DNA of 64,000 nt from Rotaria socialis (Eukaryota): the NCBI GenBank assembly GCA_905331295.1, contig CAJNYD010000242.1, forward strand, positions 1-64,000. Direction: 5' to 3'. The translations under genes and the position numbers were made by a program. Shown here one piece after another: positions 44,083-58,428 of this stretch. Numbering within the stretch: position 1 is the first letter of the stretch; each line of letters begins with the position of its first letter. The notes beneath the pieces were generated by a model, which searched no databases, was not told the DNA's origin, and saw only the letters and a program-made list of their open reading frames with translations.

Positions 44083-47000
44083 ATGGATGATACTGAACGT
44101 GCAGGATTACTTGAAAAGCTTTCAAATGTTCAACAAATTCAAGTGAGTTGCTTCCGTATAATTGCAAGGTTTCACTTTTCATAAAACAGCACGATACAAA
44201 CTAGAAACACCAATAGACGTTTATTTTCGTTTTAAGTAAATATTTTCAACGATAAACATATACATATGTGTAGCATTATAAATTCTATTTATACAACGAA
44301 AATTTTGTAGTGTACTGTATGTGAAAAAGAAAAAAATGGCATACGATATTCTGAAAATGTCAATGACAGATCATTTATCACTTAATATGTCTTTGAAAGT
44401 CATAAGTGTCATGAATAATTGTTAAAAAATCGCTCGGCATGTTTTTATTATTTGAAAAAAAAAGAATTCTCCTTCTTGTACAATATTTTTTTTCGTTGCT
44501 ACACACACACACACACCTACCTTATGTTTATCTATATACTCCTAATAAAAATAATAAAGGTCATCATTAAGTGTAGAAAAGATAAAAACGAGACTTTCAC
44601 CTTCTCAAGTTGTTTTCTCCGACAAACTGAGCAATCAAATGAATTCTATTGAGATTGCTTGCTCCTAAACATCGATCGAAGAGTGTCAATTAAAATTTTT
44701 AATCAACGTAATAATTAGTAATACATCTACTCATTTCATTTTAATCTTTATTTAGAAACATGTGGTTCGATCAAACAAACTTGGTCTTGACTATACAGTC
44801 TGGATTCAAGTATATTTTATTCTAATTTATATTTAATAATCATGACATATGCATAATTTAGGATGACACTGGCAACACATCAAAGTGCTATGTAATGACA
44901 TTACACGATCTTGGTTGTAGTCGTAAGATGAACAGATAAATTTTTCTTCTATGAGAGCCACACTGTGTTTTTTGTTTTTGTTTACTTCTAGATTCAGTTT
45001 TTACGGAATTTATTTCTCAACCAGAAATACGTCCTCTGTAAATAATCATAGAAATATCTAGAGAATTTTTCTATTATTTTGTTTTTCTTTAGGAAACAAC
45101 GAATTGTTTGGGTACATGTTGATTTTCCCGGTCAAGAGGATGGTGCCAGTATTTTAAATATCGAGTAAGATTTTGTGTTTTAGTTTTAAATATGAAGTAA
45201 TTTTTTCTTCGTAGAAAATATCCCAGCTTGGACGATGTTGCAAGTGAACTAATCAATGTTCTCGACCAATTAAATATTCCACAAACGGTCATATTCGGTG
45301 AAGGTGCTGGAGCTAATATAGGATGTCGTTTTGCTATCGAAAATCCATCACGTGTTCATGGTCTTGTACTTGTTCATCCAACGGGTACAACCGCTGGTTT
45401 CATGGAAATGATGAAAGATAAACTTAATAATTGGAAACTAATCAATAAAGGAATGAATCCTGATGCCGAAGCTTATCTTATATGGCATCGATTTGGTCGC
45501 GTACGTTTACTATTAATCTTTATTTTGTAATTATTTATAACGATTTTTTTTCTTTTTCTTCTAGGATGCTGCAAAGGTATTTAGATTTTTTGTTGCGTGT
45601 TGTTTTTAACAATTTAATGATGATCCGAAGAAGAAGTATTTTATATGAAAATCTCATTTCACAACTGTTAGATACAAAAGATCTTAGAGATCAATAGATA
45701 ATGATTACTCATTTCGAGTCTGGAACACAATATATTTTCTAAAATTTCTATTTGAAATTTAAACCGTCAGATAAATTAGATCAAATCGTTAATGCATATA
45801 CAAATCATATAGAATTACTTGTTGTGAATGTCACTGTAATAGGATTTGAATAGCTGATAAAAAAAAGCATCGAAAAGAAAAAGAAAAAGAAAAAGAAAAA
45901 GAAAAAGAAAAAGAAAAAGAAAAAGAAAAAGATGAATGTCTAGAGAGATATGCGTGCCAATGGTTTTGTTTTACTCCCAGTCGAGGAAGAAAAACAATAT
46001 CCGAAATTCTGCTTGATTATTATTTAGTCGGTGAATACTGGATATTCTATTCTAGTCGTATAAGTGATAAAGAGCACTAGTAAAATGTTATTTTTCAATA
46101 TTTTACCTCGGTATGCTAATAGCTCGCAAGATAAAAATTACAATGGCATCCATTTCTTCAGGGATTTTTGAAATCGTCTTAAGTTTTTATTAAAAATTAT
46201 AAAAATAAAGAACATGCGACAGATGGCCCAAGACCTTTCATTAGGCTAATGAGATGCAACATTATCGATAAAGTTGCCGAGGGCAACTATAGTTCTATTA
46301 CCTGGTTACTTTTCTTTGAATGGAAAGATCAGAAAAAGTATAAATTCTCTAAAAATAATATATTGTCAAACTCTAGAGAGAAATGATTTTCGAATGTTTT
46401 ACACTAGAGCTTCGGTAGAAAGACATTAATCATAAGATTTTGTGACATTCCATACAGTGTAAAAAAAATTTTAAAGTATAATTATTGAATGAATTGAACT
46501 CTGTGCACTTGTTTTTCTTCATCACAATGCAGAGTTATTGAGTAAAATGGCGGTGAAAAGTTGTGCGAAGGGATATATATATATATATATACATATCATA
46601 AAATGACCTTATTGTGATTAATAATAAGAGCAACAAAAGAGCTGTCTTTTACATTTTGATTTCCGCAGGGATTGTGTCTACAATTTTATGCATGAATGAT
46701 ATTTGATATTTATATTTTAAGTATAAAAACATAAATTTTTGTTTTGTATTACATTAGGGCTATATTGATTCGCAAGTGCTTGAAGCCAATATTCGTGAAT
46801 TTTCTGAAAAACTTTATCAGAAACGAACACCAAAGAATTTAGCTCTTTTTCTGGATGCTTTTCTTAAGTAAGTGCCTATAAGTTTAAAATAGATTTGCAA
46901 CACGATTTTTCTTTTCAAAAATCAATAGCCGAACCAATCTTGTTGATAAACTGGATAAATTGACGTAAGTTTTTTTAAACGAAAAGATAAATCTAATTCT

Positions 47001-47508
47001 TTTTTCTTTAAATTTTATTTTAACTAGTGTCGATTGCCTCGTTGCTGTTGGAAAGAAAAGTTCTGTATTACATACAACAGAGAAGTTCTATGAAAGATTA
47101 CGTACGTCACGTGATAATCCACAAAAAATGGTCAATTCGCCACTGCTAATTGCTGACGATGTTGGAGATATACTTGGCGAAGCAGTAAGATAATCAAATC
47201 GAACACTATAAAGTTCACATATATATCATTTTTTCAGCCCGATGTTTTGGCTAAGTCAATGCAATTCTTTTTACAAGGAATTGGCTTAAGTATGAATGCA
47301 ATTTATATTTGCGGTTGACATTTGTTAAAATTTTTCTTTTTATTGTTTAGTATCCGGTTTACCATTGGAAGCCGGCTTGGCTGGTTTAGGACGTTTATCA
47401 CGTTCTATGTCAATGGAAAACGCTGATCGTCCCAGACACGGCTCTGGCGCGCATGGACCATCACCTGGTACATCTTCACCGCCACTTGCCGGTTCACCGC
47501 CGAAATAA
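44083..47508 (+). CDS. NDRG: NDRG family protein (non-catalytic alpha/beta-hydrolase fold), multi-exon with a 12-nt microexon
   Basis: MTLHDLGCSH, WVHVDFPGQEDGA, YPSLDDVA, FGEGAGANI..RFA, YLIWHRFG, NLALFLDAFLNR, MQFFLQGIGL, C-terminal RLSRSMS. Confidence 0.92.
45872..45932. repeat. (GAAAAA)n microsatellite in an NDRG intron
   Basis: Direct observation. Confidence 0.9.
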
Positions 47509-50500
47509 TTATTATTCATATTCCTAACATATATGTTCCTTCTTTTATTTTTCTTCTCGGTACAGTATTCAAATATAGAATGAGATTTTTTCTTTTCTTT
47601 TGTCTTGTGGGTAGTCTATGACTTTATTTGTTCGCCTATGTCAAATGAGTTCATGTGATTATGTTTGATTCAAATTGAATGACATAATGTTTGTCTTATA
47701 TTATACTGTTTGTTTTTTCGTCCTATTCACTAGGAAAAAAATCGAGAAAGTTAAAGCAATGCTTCGGTACACTACTTTTAGACTTTAGAAATAAAAATTC
47801 TTTTTTTTGTTTTTATTTAATTAGGCGATTGGCGATCACCGCTAAGCATAGTTTTGTTCAGAAATGAATCTTTGCTTCGGATAAAATTCCTGTTTGCTCG
47901 ATAGGTATTGAAATAGAGTTTTTGTTTTTGCAAGTAAAATCGTGATATACAATGTTACTGGAAATAGATAGATAATGATAGAAGATTCACTTGAGCATGG
48001 CCATTCACATTCGCTCAAGGAGTAAATAAGTGATTTAAATCAGTGCACAATGTTGCTTAAATAATCTCAAGAACATAGTTAAACGAAAAGGTGAGCCACT
48101 TGTTGATGTCCTTCACTAGCAAAAACTATTTATTAGAATTAACATAGAATTTTGAAAAATGCGATTTTTCCAGCCATTGCATATAAGTCAATGTCATCGT
48201 TTATTTACAATTAGAGCTTAATAGACATGCAAACAAAAGCTTCATGGAGTGCTACTCAGAAAGTGTTCAGCTTTCTAATGTGCCTTTGATTTTCAAACCG
48301 CAAAATTTTGCCTAGGAATCTTGATAGACAAGTGAAATATCTATCAATCAAGCACATATCTCATTACCGATGTTGTGGAAGTATCATTCTGCTGCACAGA
48401 ATATCATATTGCTTTTTTTTCTGATATAAACATTGATTAGCAGATGATTGATGTTCGGAGTATGATGATTCCTGTACATATATATGTTTAAAAAATGCAT
48501 GCGGATTATGATCGTTAGAGATGTAATGATCAAAACAGATGCGAAAACGACATGTCTGGCGCAAGTGTCTATTGAAAGTGACATTGAGAAATCACCTTCT
48601 CAATCAAAATATATCTACAATTGGTTCATAAAAAAGAATTAAATTTCGTTGTATTACATATTTGTTTTTTGTCGAACTATTTCTTTAGGACACGTGCGCG
48701 TGAATTTATAGAAAAATAGTTGTGACTATTTTCCTCTCCGAATGGAAATCCATCCTTTTGCCGATTTGATAATTTCTCTCAAGCGTAAACATCAGTTGAA
48801 GAATGTAGTACGAAAAACAAGAGGCTATCAAGATCGTAATCGAGCATTAGGATTCCATTCATTGACCATAAATTTATAAATATCATGCAACGAGGGCACG
48901 CATCAGCTGTACATAGTTGCACTGATCTTGTACCGAAATGTCATCAAGTCATTGAGGTAAATTCAAAATGAAACGATGAATTTTCTATTATTGAAGAATA
49001 ATCGTTTAATGATTATAGCATACATTCGACTAATTGCATAGATATCATGTAGATATTTAATTACTTTGTAACCTATTAAATTCTGTTTGCAATTGCAATA
49101 TTGACGTATTTCGATATGCAAATAACTACTTTCTATTTCCATCAATTTAAGCATCGTAGCAATTAAAAAAATATGCCTTAAAAACGTTTTAAAAAACACT
49201 CATATGAAAAATGTGAAATTGTTAGAATATGTTTAATCTGTGAATTTTAGTTGAATGTTCAACATCTGTCGATATTTTACATCATGCTGCGCTATTTGAG
49301 TCATATCCCGTCCTTTCTTGGCACTACACTCGTTCAAAAGTGTTCATTATGAAACATGACTTTCATGTAAGGATGAGTAATATAAGTCACAAGTTTGTAT
49401 GCATCCAGTCACTCCACCATCTCTTCTTAGGTCATCATAACCGAACCGTTGATGATCTGGTGCCGAGCGAGCCATTGTAGAGGGTGCATCACAGACATGG
49501 CATGGATCTTTACAACAACAAAGAACAGAACGCGCCGAATATTTTTGATATACGATTACATCCCGAATATGAATAACGTCTCGTAATAATATCTTGAGTG
49601 CTTGCTCCGTATTGCATTTCTCGAGGATTGTGTTTAAAAAGAAATGAGAAAAACGACTGCATCTCAAAATAGATAGAATAAAACCGTCTTCATGTCATTA
49701 TGAAAAGCGGTTGTATTTGTATATCAAGTTAGAACCTTATAGAAATTGAACTAGAAAAGTTCTTTACTGTTTTTAACGAGGCTGGCTAAAAAAACAGTAT
49801 CCGTGAACGGTTTCCTTGCCAATAAAAAGCTTAGACAAATGCTGTGTCGTTGAAATAAAAGTCAGCGTTTATTAATTATAGAAAGTTAGAAATGTTAAAT
49901 GTTTTTTATTGTCGAGTTATTTATAGACTACTTTGTGCATCTGTTATCCGTACCGTCTATAACATATATAGAATGAAAGCAGCAAAAGGCCATAAATAAA
50001 TTATAATTTAGCAATTTCTTTTATCAAAAAAAGAAGAAGAAAACTTTATTAGCTGCTTATTTTCTTTTTCTTTATCTTATTATGTCATAATAAATTTACT
50101 CAAAAGAATGTCGCAGCTTTTAACTAGCCAGAGAACCGTTATCATTAAATCTGGCGTACTATTTTTGAGTAGCGAAATTATTATAGAATACATCGTTACT
50201 TTTCAATTAGATTTCTTTTCTACATAACGAAAATATTTCCTGCAAGTTGAATTCAAATATCTACATTGAACGCCATAGATCAGTTCAGTGTTTTTGAAAA
50301 GTTTTAGAAAAGCGAATGGTTTAAAATGGACACTTCTATATTAAGAATCTTTTTTTTGTGTTTTTTCAGGAAGGGAATTTTTTATCACCGAAATGCAGAA
50401 AAACTTGAGCATATGTGCCATTTTTTTTGTTGTTGTTCTAGACTGAGCATAGTGTTGTCATCCTTCAGTGATGACGACAAACTTATATGCACATCTGAGA

Positions 50501-50939
50501 CTAGTAGAGGGAGAGAAAAAGAAAGAAAATCTGAAAACGTGAGAGATAGGATAAACCCTTCAAGTTTTCTTACAGAAACAATAGCTCAAAGTAATGCGAC
50601 AAATTGTGTCCGACGGATAGAGCGTTACACATAAAAAAGGAAGAACTCTCCTTCTGTTCTTTTTTGTTTGACTTCATTCTACTTTTTCTGATAGAAGGCA
50701 AAAAAAAACTTTTTGCCTGCTGCAATAGCTTCTAGAGCTGTTCTTCTTCTATTCTTTTCTTTAAAAAATAGAAAGGAAATATAACTCAAGCGCATTTGTC
50801 ATTGTCGTGCATTTTGTTAGCATAAGCATGTGCCGTTGTTAATCATTCTAATTGCTCAAGACCAGATGTGCTGATCTTTTTATTTTTTATTTTTTACTTT
50901 TACGCATTACTTAGACATACGATCTTCAAGTTAGAAATT

Positions 50940-52002
50940 ATGCACAGCGTGGTTCGTCGTTCGTCAAGGTAAGTGTAAAGAAAATTTATACTGAGTAAAC
51001 ATACAAAACAAAATTGTTGCCGATATATCCCAATAGTTTGAAATCAATCGATATGAGAGAGAAAAAAAACAAGATTATAATTCAATTACTTATTTAGTAT
51101 AACATCATCATCAACAGTGGCTGACCCGTCGAAAGTAACTGTGCGCATTGAAAGCGCATCAACAAACGATTTAAATGTTCAAGATGTTGTTACAACACCG
51201 TCGTCCGATGATGATGATGACGATGACGAATTACAACGAACACAACAAAATATTAATGGTCGTTTTAATTATCGTATTTCATCAACAGCGAGTCGTCGAC
51301 ATGCGCCATCATTAGGAACTAATAATAGTTCATCGTCGCAACAAAAACGATCGAGTCGTTTAACTACTGATGTAAAAAGTTCAGTGTGTTTGCCACAAAG
51401 TAGACCCATAACTGCTGTTTCACTACCAGCTAAACCATCCGCCTACGACAACGAATGGGATCTTGATTCAGCGTGTATATTGGTATCATCGACTCAACGG
51501 CGTAATCCTTCTTGTCCATTGATATCACCAACAAATATTCGTGCTAAATCATCATCTCAAGCTATATTTACACATCATCAAGTTCCAACTGTATTCACAA
51601 CTACATCCGAATGTCTCGGTAAAATATTGTTCAACTGAGTCGAATTCATTGAAAAGTATGATTTTCATTTAGGTCAAAATTTACGTTCACAACCACGTCG
51701 TGATATGCCTAGACGTGTGCAATCCTTAGCTAAATCTGCAACAATCGACGGCAATTCATCATCAACAAATAGTTCGATTGTTTTTCTTACAAATGAAATT
51801 CTTCTAGGTTCAATACGTGCTTTACAAAATGAAAGGCAGTTATGTAAATTATCAATTGATTATCTTATTGATGCAACAAATATGAGACCTGATGAATTAG
51901 CACGCAAGGCAAACGTTGGTGCTCGTCTTCAATGTCACTGTGGCCATACACATTCTCGTTGTACATTAACACTTGAATTCGATCAACCATTTATCCCGAC
52001 GA

Positions 52003-52040
<38 letters not shown>

Positions 52041-52610
52041 ACAGCAACATCAACAACACTAGACTATAATAATTTAAATAGCAATAAAACTCGTGAATTA
52101 AATCGTATACAATTAGAACAACTATTTTCAGCTGTTAATCATTTCATAAGTAAAGCTCAACAAGAAAGCACACGTATCCTTATCTATGGTTTTGAATTAA
52201 CACCGACGTGCCCGTTAGCTGTTACTGCTATACAATATTTAATGTTAAACGATGAACAATTAACATTAATTGAAGCAACGCATCGAATAAATCGTTTATT
52301 TCCAGTTACACAATTGCAACATCCACGTTATCCAATAATGGAAAAACGTTTTCAAGATTATTTAAAACAATTGGATAGAAAACAATTTCCGAAAATTTTC
52401 AATGCAAATGCTACAATTAGTGATTGCAGTAGTAGTGGAAATGAAAATCATCAATCATCACGTGATCTTTCATCGAATTCATCGGAAACAACAACTGCAA
52501 ATAGTACACCGGTTACATCGTGGACAACGATTCCTATGTCTATTGTTAATAATAGTGATGCAAATTCACCTCAGCATATATTTGCTGCCCGTTCAGCATG
52601 GGACAATTAG
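50940..52610 (+). CDS. Dual-specificity-phosphatase-fold protein lacking the HCx5R motif (pseudophosphatase); 3 exons (50940-50968, 51098-51618, 51673-52610)
   Basis: Exon phases are compatible. FLTNEILLGSIRALQNERQLCKLSIDYLIDAT and LFSAVNHFISKAQQESTRILIYG...AVTAIQYLM...LTLIEA follow the DUSP pattern. S/T-rich flanks and a (TCA)n poly-Ser insert. Confidence 0.75.
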
Positions 52611-52731
52611 GAGAAGAAGAAGACGAAGAAGAAAGAAAAAACAATATTTTCTGTATTGACAATTTTTCCTTGTTAATTAAAAAAACATCTATTTTAAATT
52701 ATTATCTATTTTTTTCCGTGACATACACAAT

Positions 52732-53552
52732 GAGTTAGATGAATTTCGACTCACGGAATTTTCTGGCCGGAGTTTCGGACCAATTTTAGACAAATTCATC
52801 GAAACCTGAAAAAGCCCTAATTTTCTAAAAATTAGTTTTTAGATTTTTTAGTGCTGAGCCGAGTGACGTAGTGCTGAAAACAGTGGTGCCGGTGTAGATC
52901 GAAATATATCGACTTTTTGAATCACGATTAGATAACAATAGAATATGCAGAGAATAAAACTAATCAAGAACAAAATATTTAATTTGATCAATCTGATGGT
53001 GTATTTAAAGAGAAATTGAACGATTTCAGAGGAAGTTGTATAAATACAATTCCGATGTCAATAAAGATAAAATTATTAATTATCGATAAACATCTTAGAA
53101 CATCATTCTGAACAGTTGAATAAGTTCAAAAGGCAGGCACGATCCATTTCAACAAATACAAGTACACACTTGTGCACTTTCAACTTTAATATTGTGAATT
53201 TACGCCTCGCATTACATTCTGTAAGACATATTAATTGAACAAGAGATGCCCTTGATTGTGAAATATTTAATCATAAGTTCGTGCACTCTTTTCCCTCAAT
53301 TGAGATATAAACTTAATCATGCGAATAAAATTTTCTTAAGAAACCTCATTGAATCCGTAGTATATAAATAAACAGCTTAGAACGCTACGTCGCTGCGCTC
53401 GGCACTAATAAATCTAGAAACTAGTTTTTTGAAAATTATTTTTTTTCAGGTTTCAATGAATTTGTCTAAAATTGGTCCCGAAAACCGGAGATTTTTCGAA
53501 CCTGCCTGAAAGTCGGACCCGAAAATTTCGTGGGCCGAAATTCCGGTCTCCC
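52732..53552. mobile_element. MITE with long (~140 bp) imperfect TIRs, GGGAGA end and 8-bp TSD (Merlin/MULE-like)
   Basis: GGACCAATTTTAGACAAATTCATCGAAACCTGAA is mirrored by TTCAGGTTTCAATGAATTTGTCTAAAATTGGTCC. TSD TACACAAT/TATACAAT. Confidence 0.8.
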
Positions 53553-55058
53553 TATACAATAACTCGTAGAAGGTATTTCTTATTGAAGACTATTTAGTCA
53601 CGATGTACTTCAATTAAATCTTAACGCATTTTATGGACATGTTCCAGACGTTAATAAAGAAAAAGTACATCATTAAAATGGTGTACTAGAGACGAGAGAT
53701 ATTTTATAGTTGGTTATAGATGAAAAGAAGTTTTTCATATCGTATTTCTTAATGGAAAATTGAGTCGAGACTGAAAGAATCTTCATCTCATAGAGACTTT
53801 TCATAGCAAGTCAATGAATTTGAATAGGTATTCAATTAGTATGATTGAATAACGTCATTGTCAAACACGATCTATATTGGTTTCTTGTCTATAATGGATT
53901 TCAACAGTTGTCAAAAGTGTAAAACTCTGCCGCTTTGACGGTTTGAGGTATTTTTATTTTTTTAAACAAAAAGAGTATTTAACTACGGTTTTCTTTTTAA
54001 TCGCGATAATGACTAGAAAACTACATGTTAAATTTGACACGATGCATTCATTATTTATTAAGTAAAAGTGATAAAAAAAGAAATTTTTACCACCGCTAAA
54101 GCTTTTCACCGACGAATAACATGTAGTATGGAAGTCTATTAGAAAAGATCGTTTCGTACAAATATATACGAATGAAAAATGAGTTATCTCACCTGAAATT
54201 TTTCTATAAGAATTTACAAATGAATTGCATTCAAATCAGTTTGCATCGCAAAAAAGTCATATTTCCACCAAGATTAGTTAGTCTATTGAGGTATAATATA
54301 ATTATCAAGATTAATTAAAAAGAAACGGTTCGTAGAATATCTATCAGATGAATACAATAGAATCATCATTCTTATGACCAATGGGTAGGCCTTAATAAAC
54401 GTATTTTCACTGTATGAGCTTTCTATTATCAATAACCTGAAAGTCTGCCTGGATGAATATGATATTTTAAACATATATTCTATGTTAGTACTTAGCTAAA
54501 AGAAGAATAGAACTTACATTCATACATGATACGCATTCGAAAAATGAGATATTTCCTGTAATCAAAGCTTTCGATGTAATTAATATTCTTCATAAAAGAA
54601 ATTTAATTCAAGACCCTCTAGTGTAAGTACTGTCATGTATTCATTTATTGCTTATGTTCTCAAATGAATATTTCCATGTAAAACAGACACGATAACCATA
54701 ATATTGTCTACAGGAAAAAATTATTTCTTAATCATCTTATAATTCTTCGTATAGCTAATATAGGCTCAGAGAAAGATCGCTCTCACCAAATCGATTCTCT
54801 TTCTTGTACACAATACAAACAGGTAGATGCATAAATCCACAAAAAATTGATATCTCCTTCTGAAAACAGAGTTTCCTAGGTTGATGCTCTTAATATGTAA
54901 ACTAAACACGAGTTTTCTGTTCAGGGCAACAACACTCTTCAAGCAATTGACTTGATTGAGACAGAGAGAGAGAGAAGAAAACAAAGCAAAGTCAAAGTGA
55001 CTTTGCCATTGACCACGTTGAGGACCTATACTTCAACGTTGAGTAGTAATGTAGAAAA

Positions 55059-56874
55059 CAGAGGTGTCCACAGGGCCAATTTTATTGCCCTGCCCTGTCC
55101 TGCTTTTTATCGTAACTCGCCCTGCCCTGGCAGGACAAAATCATTTTCAAATAATTTGTGTCTGCCCTGCTCTGTCATTTTGGCACCTTGGCCCTGCCCT
55201 GGCCTGCTAATTAAGAAGAATTTTTTTCATATTTAAATTCAAGTTTAAGTAATCTTTTTTATTTGAAAAATAGTTCAGCAAATAGATAACTGATCAGCAA
55301 ATAATAAATTAGCCCTAATTGAAAAAGTGTATATGATGATATTGCATCATCACTGATGATCCATCAGTAGATCGGCTTGTCCACATAACCCACTACTTCG
55401 CTAATCAAGTTTTTAAAATGTTTTGTTTCGGTATAAACAGATCTCAGCGTGTTTTCTGGTACAGTTTTTTTGCACTGGTTGTGAATTTGGACATTTTTTC
55501 TTAAAAAAAATTGGGTTTTGGCATCGAAAATTAAGTTTTAAAGTTTTCATAAATTGTATTTTCAATTTTGTAACCAAGAAATTTAAAACGAAAATGCAGA
55601 GTAATATTGTTACAGTCATATGTTTATTCCTTGATTCATCGACGTTTGTATACTCAGTCCCTGACACATATTCCCCCTATATATACTCCTCTTTCTTCAA
55701 TGATAAAGTTAGTTCCATCGTTATGGTGCTCATTCGTTATTAACATCAAGAAGGTACAGGGATCTCTAATAAATATACCATTCGATGCAGAATTTGATTC
55801 TTTACAAAATGCCCTGTTAACTGTTTACTCACATTCTTCAGGACAACTTCTGAGCGCTTGTACAGTTTCTAACTTACTATACAATTATTGAGCTCGTATT
55901 TTGGATGTAGCAACTAGATTTTTTTTACAGAAGGATATGCAGGGCAGTGATCAACATATAAACATTGAATATTTTTAAGCATGTTAAGTGCTTCAAATTC
56001 GGTCGACAAAAAAACGTGTCACAGCGTTAGATTTGGTTTTTTGCATTTTTAATCTGAGCGAAAATAGTTTAGAAAAAATATTTTTTACTGCTTGAAAGCC
56101 CATTCAATTCTCTACAAAAACGGTACCATAAGCATTTCATTTGAAGAAACGATTTGGCAAAAAATTAGAGCTTAATAAGCAGACCTAGAAAAAAGGGTCC
56201 TTTTTTGTCAGTGTCACGCGATGATAAAACCTGTCTAGAAGCGCGAGAATTCAGCCCAACTAGGCCATTCTTTCAACATTAATAGATTATGATAAGATGC
56301 ATCAGATGACGTTTGAACGACCTTATTAGCTCTTATACCTTTCGAGATAATTGCAAAACAAAGTGTAAAAAGATCACAGCATTACGTTTGGACAAGGCGA
56401 TATATATTTAACGAAGAGAGAATAGAAACTTCATTTTCATCACCAGGGGAGATAGATGAAATATCAGCACATGAATCTATCGATGATGATAGCGATGCAT
56501 ACTTTTATTTTTACTAGTTTTATTGAAATAATAAGAACATCAGCAACTGCTACAATTATATTTTAAATATATGTGCACTATTATCACTATTATGATTAAT
56601 TAATTTATTATTTTCTTTTGTTTTCTTACAAACTTGATTAGACCTTATACGGTTATCATGCAAACACAAATATAACAATCTATTTACCATTCTATAGCGC
56701 TATCTGGATAGTTTTAGTTTCTTTCACCTTCCCGAGAAGAATAAAATTGCTGTTATTTTCGAACTAAAGTAAGTATATGCAAAATTTGCAGGGCGTGAAG
56801 GTATAGCTCTGCCCTGTACAGGGCGGATCATTTTTTAAAAATTCGCCCTGTGCCCTGCCCTGTAGACACCTCTG
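55059..56874. mobile_element. 1.8-kb non-autonomous hAT element
   Basis: TIR CAGAGGTGTCCACAGGGC / GCCCTGTAGACACCTCTG. TSD GTAGAAAA/GTAGAATA. GCCCT(G) subterminal repeats. Confidence 0.88.
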
Positions 56875-58428
56875 GTAGAATACATACTGAAAATAATTAT
56901 GAAAAGAAAGCGATCATCGATTGTATTGTCTTCGAGAAAGCATTTTCCCAATAAAATTGCAGTACTAAACCGTATAATATAGAATTTTCCAAACAACTAT
57001 TTCTACAGTGTTTTACGATTAAGCCGCAATGATTTTAATAAATTAGAAAATAAAATGAATTTTGTTTTTCTATCCTTTCCCTTTTCGTTATTAATTATGA
57101 CATCGGTTAACAGAAACATTCACTTTTGCATATTGCACGCATCAAATCAATATTGGGACTCGATCTTTGTCCTTTTGAGCTTTTAATAAGTGTTAAATGA
57201 TATGTGCTATCAGTAAATTCTATTTGTTTTTGAAACAGCCTTCGTGAATACATAAACAAGGCTAATTTCTTTTCTTTCATAATAATCTGTCTGTGACAAT
57301 GTCATAAAAGAATGAGAACGTTATAAATACTTCTAGACATGATGTTATTTCCTTCTATCTCATTATCTTACAATGCTAAAAACAGAAAAAATAACATCGT
57401 CTCGTTCTTTTGCTTGTTTGTATCTTATATGTTCAGTCATTTGATTTATAATTTATTTTGTTCTAAAAAAACTATCGCATTACGATACTAAACAACAGTA
57501 ATTTCGGTCGAATGTAAAATTGTCGAACGAGATTAAAAGCTACTAAATAATAATACGATATTAATGCAAATGATAAAAGAAATCAAATTTTTATTTACTT
57601 TAACACGAAACCAATGTGAATAAAAACAAAATCTAGGATCTCAATATTTTCGTTTTGTGAGGTTTTTAATTGAAGTTCAAAATTCCCCATTTAACTTGCT
57701 TCTCGTTAGTATCTTGATTGCTCCAATGTTTCGTACAATGAATAGTATTCATCGTCATTTTTATGATGAATTTATTCGTAGAGCAACAAGACATGCTTGT
57801 AGTGTTCAGATTGCAACGTGAATTTTTTTTCTAAAACAGTTTTAGTCGATACGTAATGATACTATTAGAGCTTCTTTGTGACTGGCCATTTATTGATGGC
57901 ATAAATATGTTTTTCCTTTTCAATATAAATTTGACAAGTAGAATTAACATATCGACTCCGTTATGATTAACTAACTTAAAACAATAAGTCGCATTGTTTT
58001 GACCTTTGAATGAATCTGAATTTGTAGGTCTTAACATTATTTTTTTCGATCTACGAATATTTTATTATTAATTGATCTACATATCTCATTCCGTTACAAC
58101 GTTATGACCTTTAAAATGTTTATCACAATTACGATCAAGTCCACATTTGATATTTGGTCTATTACGAACGGAACAGGGAAGTGACCGCATGGCTTTGCAT
58201 TATAACATCACGTTTCTTTGAACCGGATGTTTAGACTAGTTTTATAGTCCGCTTTTTTCCCCGCTGTCTCTATGCATGATCCATGCTTTTTAAAAGAGCG
58301 ACTTATTTCTATTTTTAATGAAAACAATATTGACAGTTCAATTACTTGGTAAATATAAGAGAAATTATTGGGCGCATAATCTTCTTTGATGAATGAGCTA
58401 CGCAGTTCAGTTTATAGATAGTTTGAAT

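Noticed and set aside
49347..49667. ORF with PCHVCDAPST resembling a nuclear-receptor zinc finger start
   Set aside because: The following CxxCKxFF motif and second finger are absent, and no exon structure was found.
55413..55891. ORFs inside the 55059-56874 element as a transposase
   Set aside because: Short and low-complexity, with no DDE, BED or dimerisation motif recognised.
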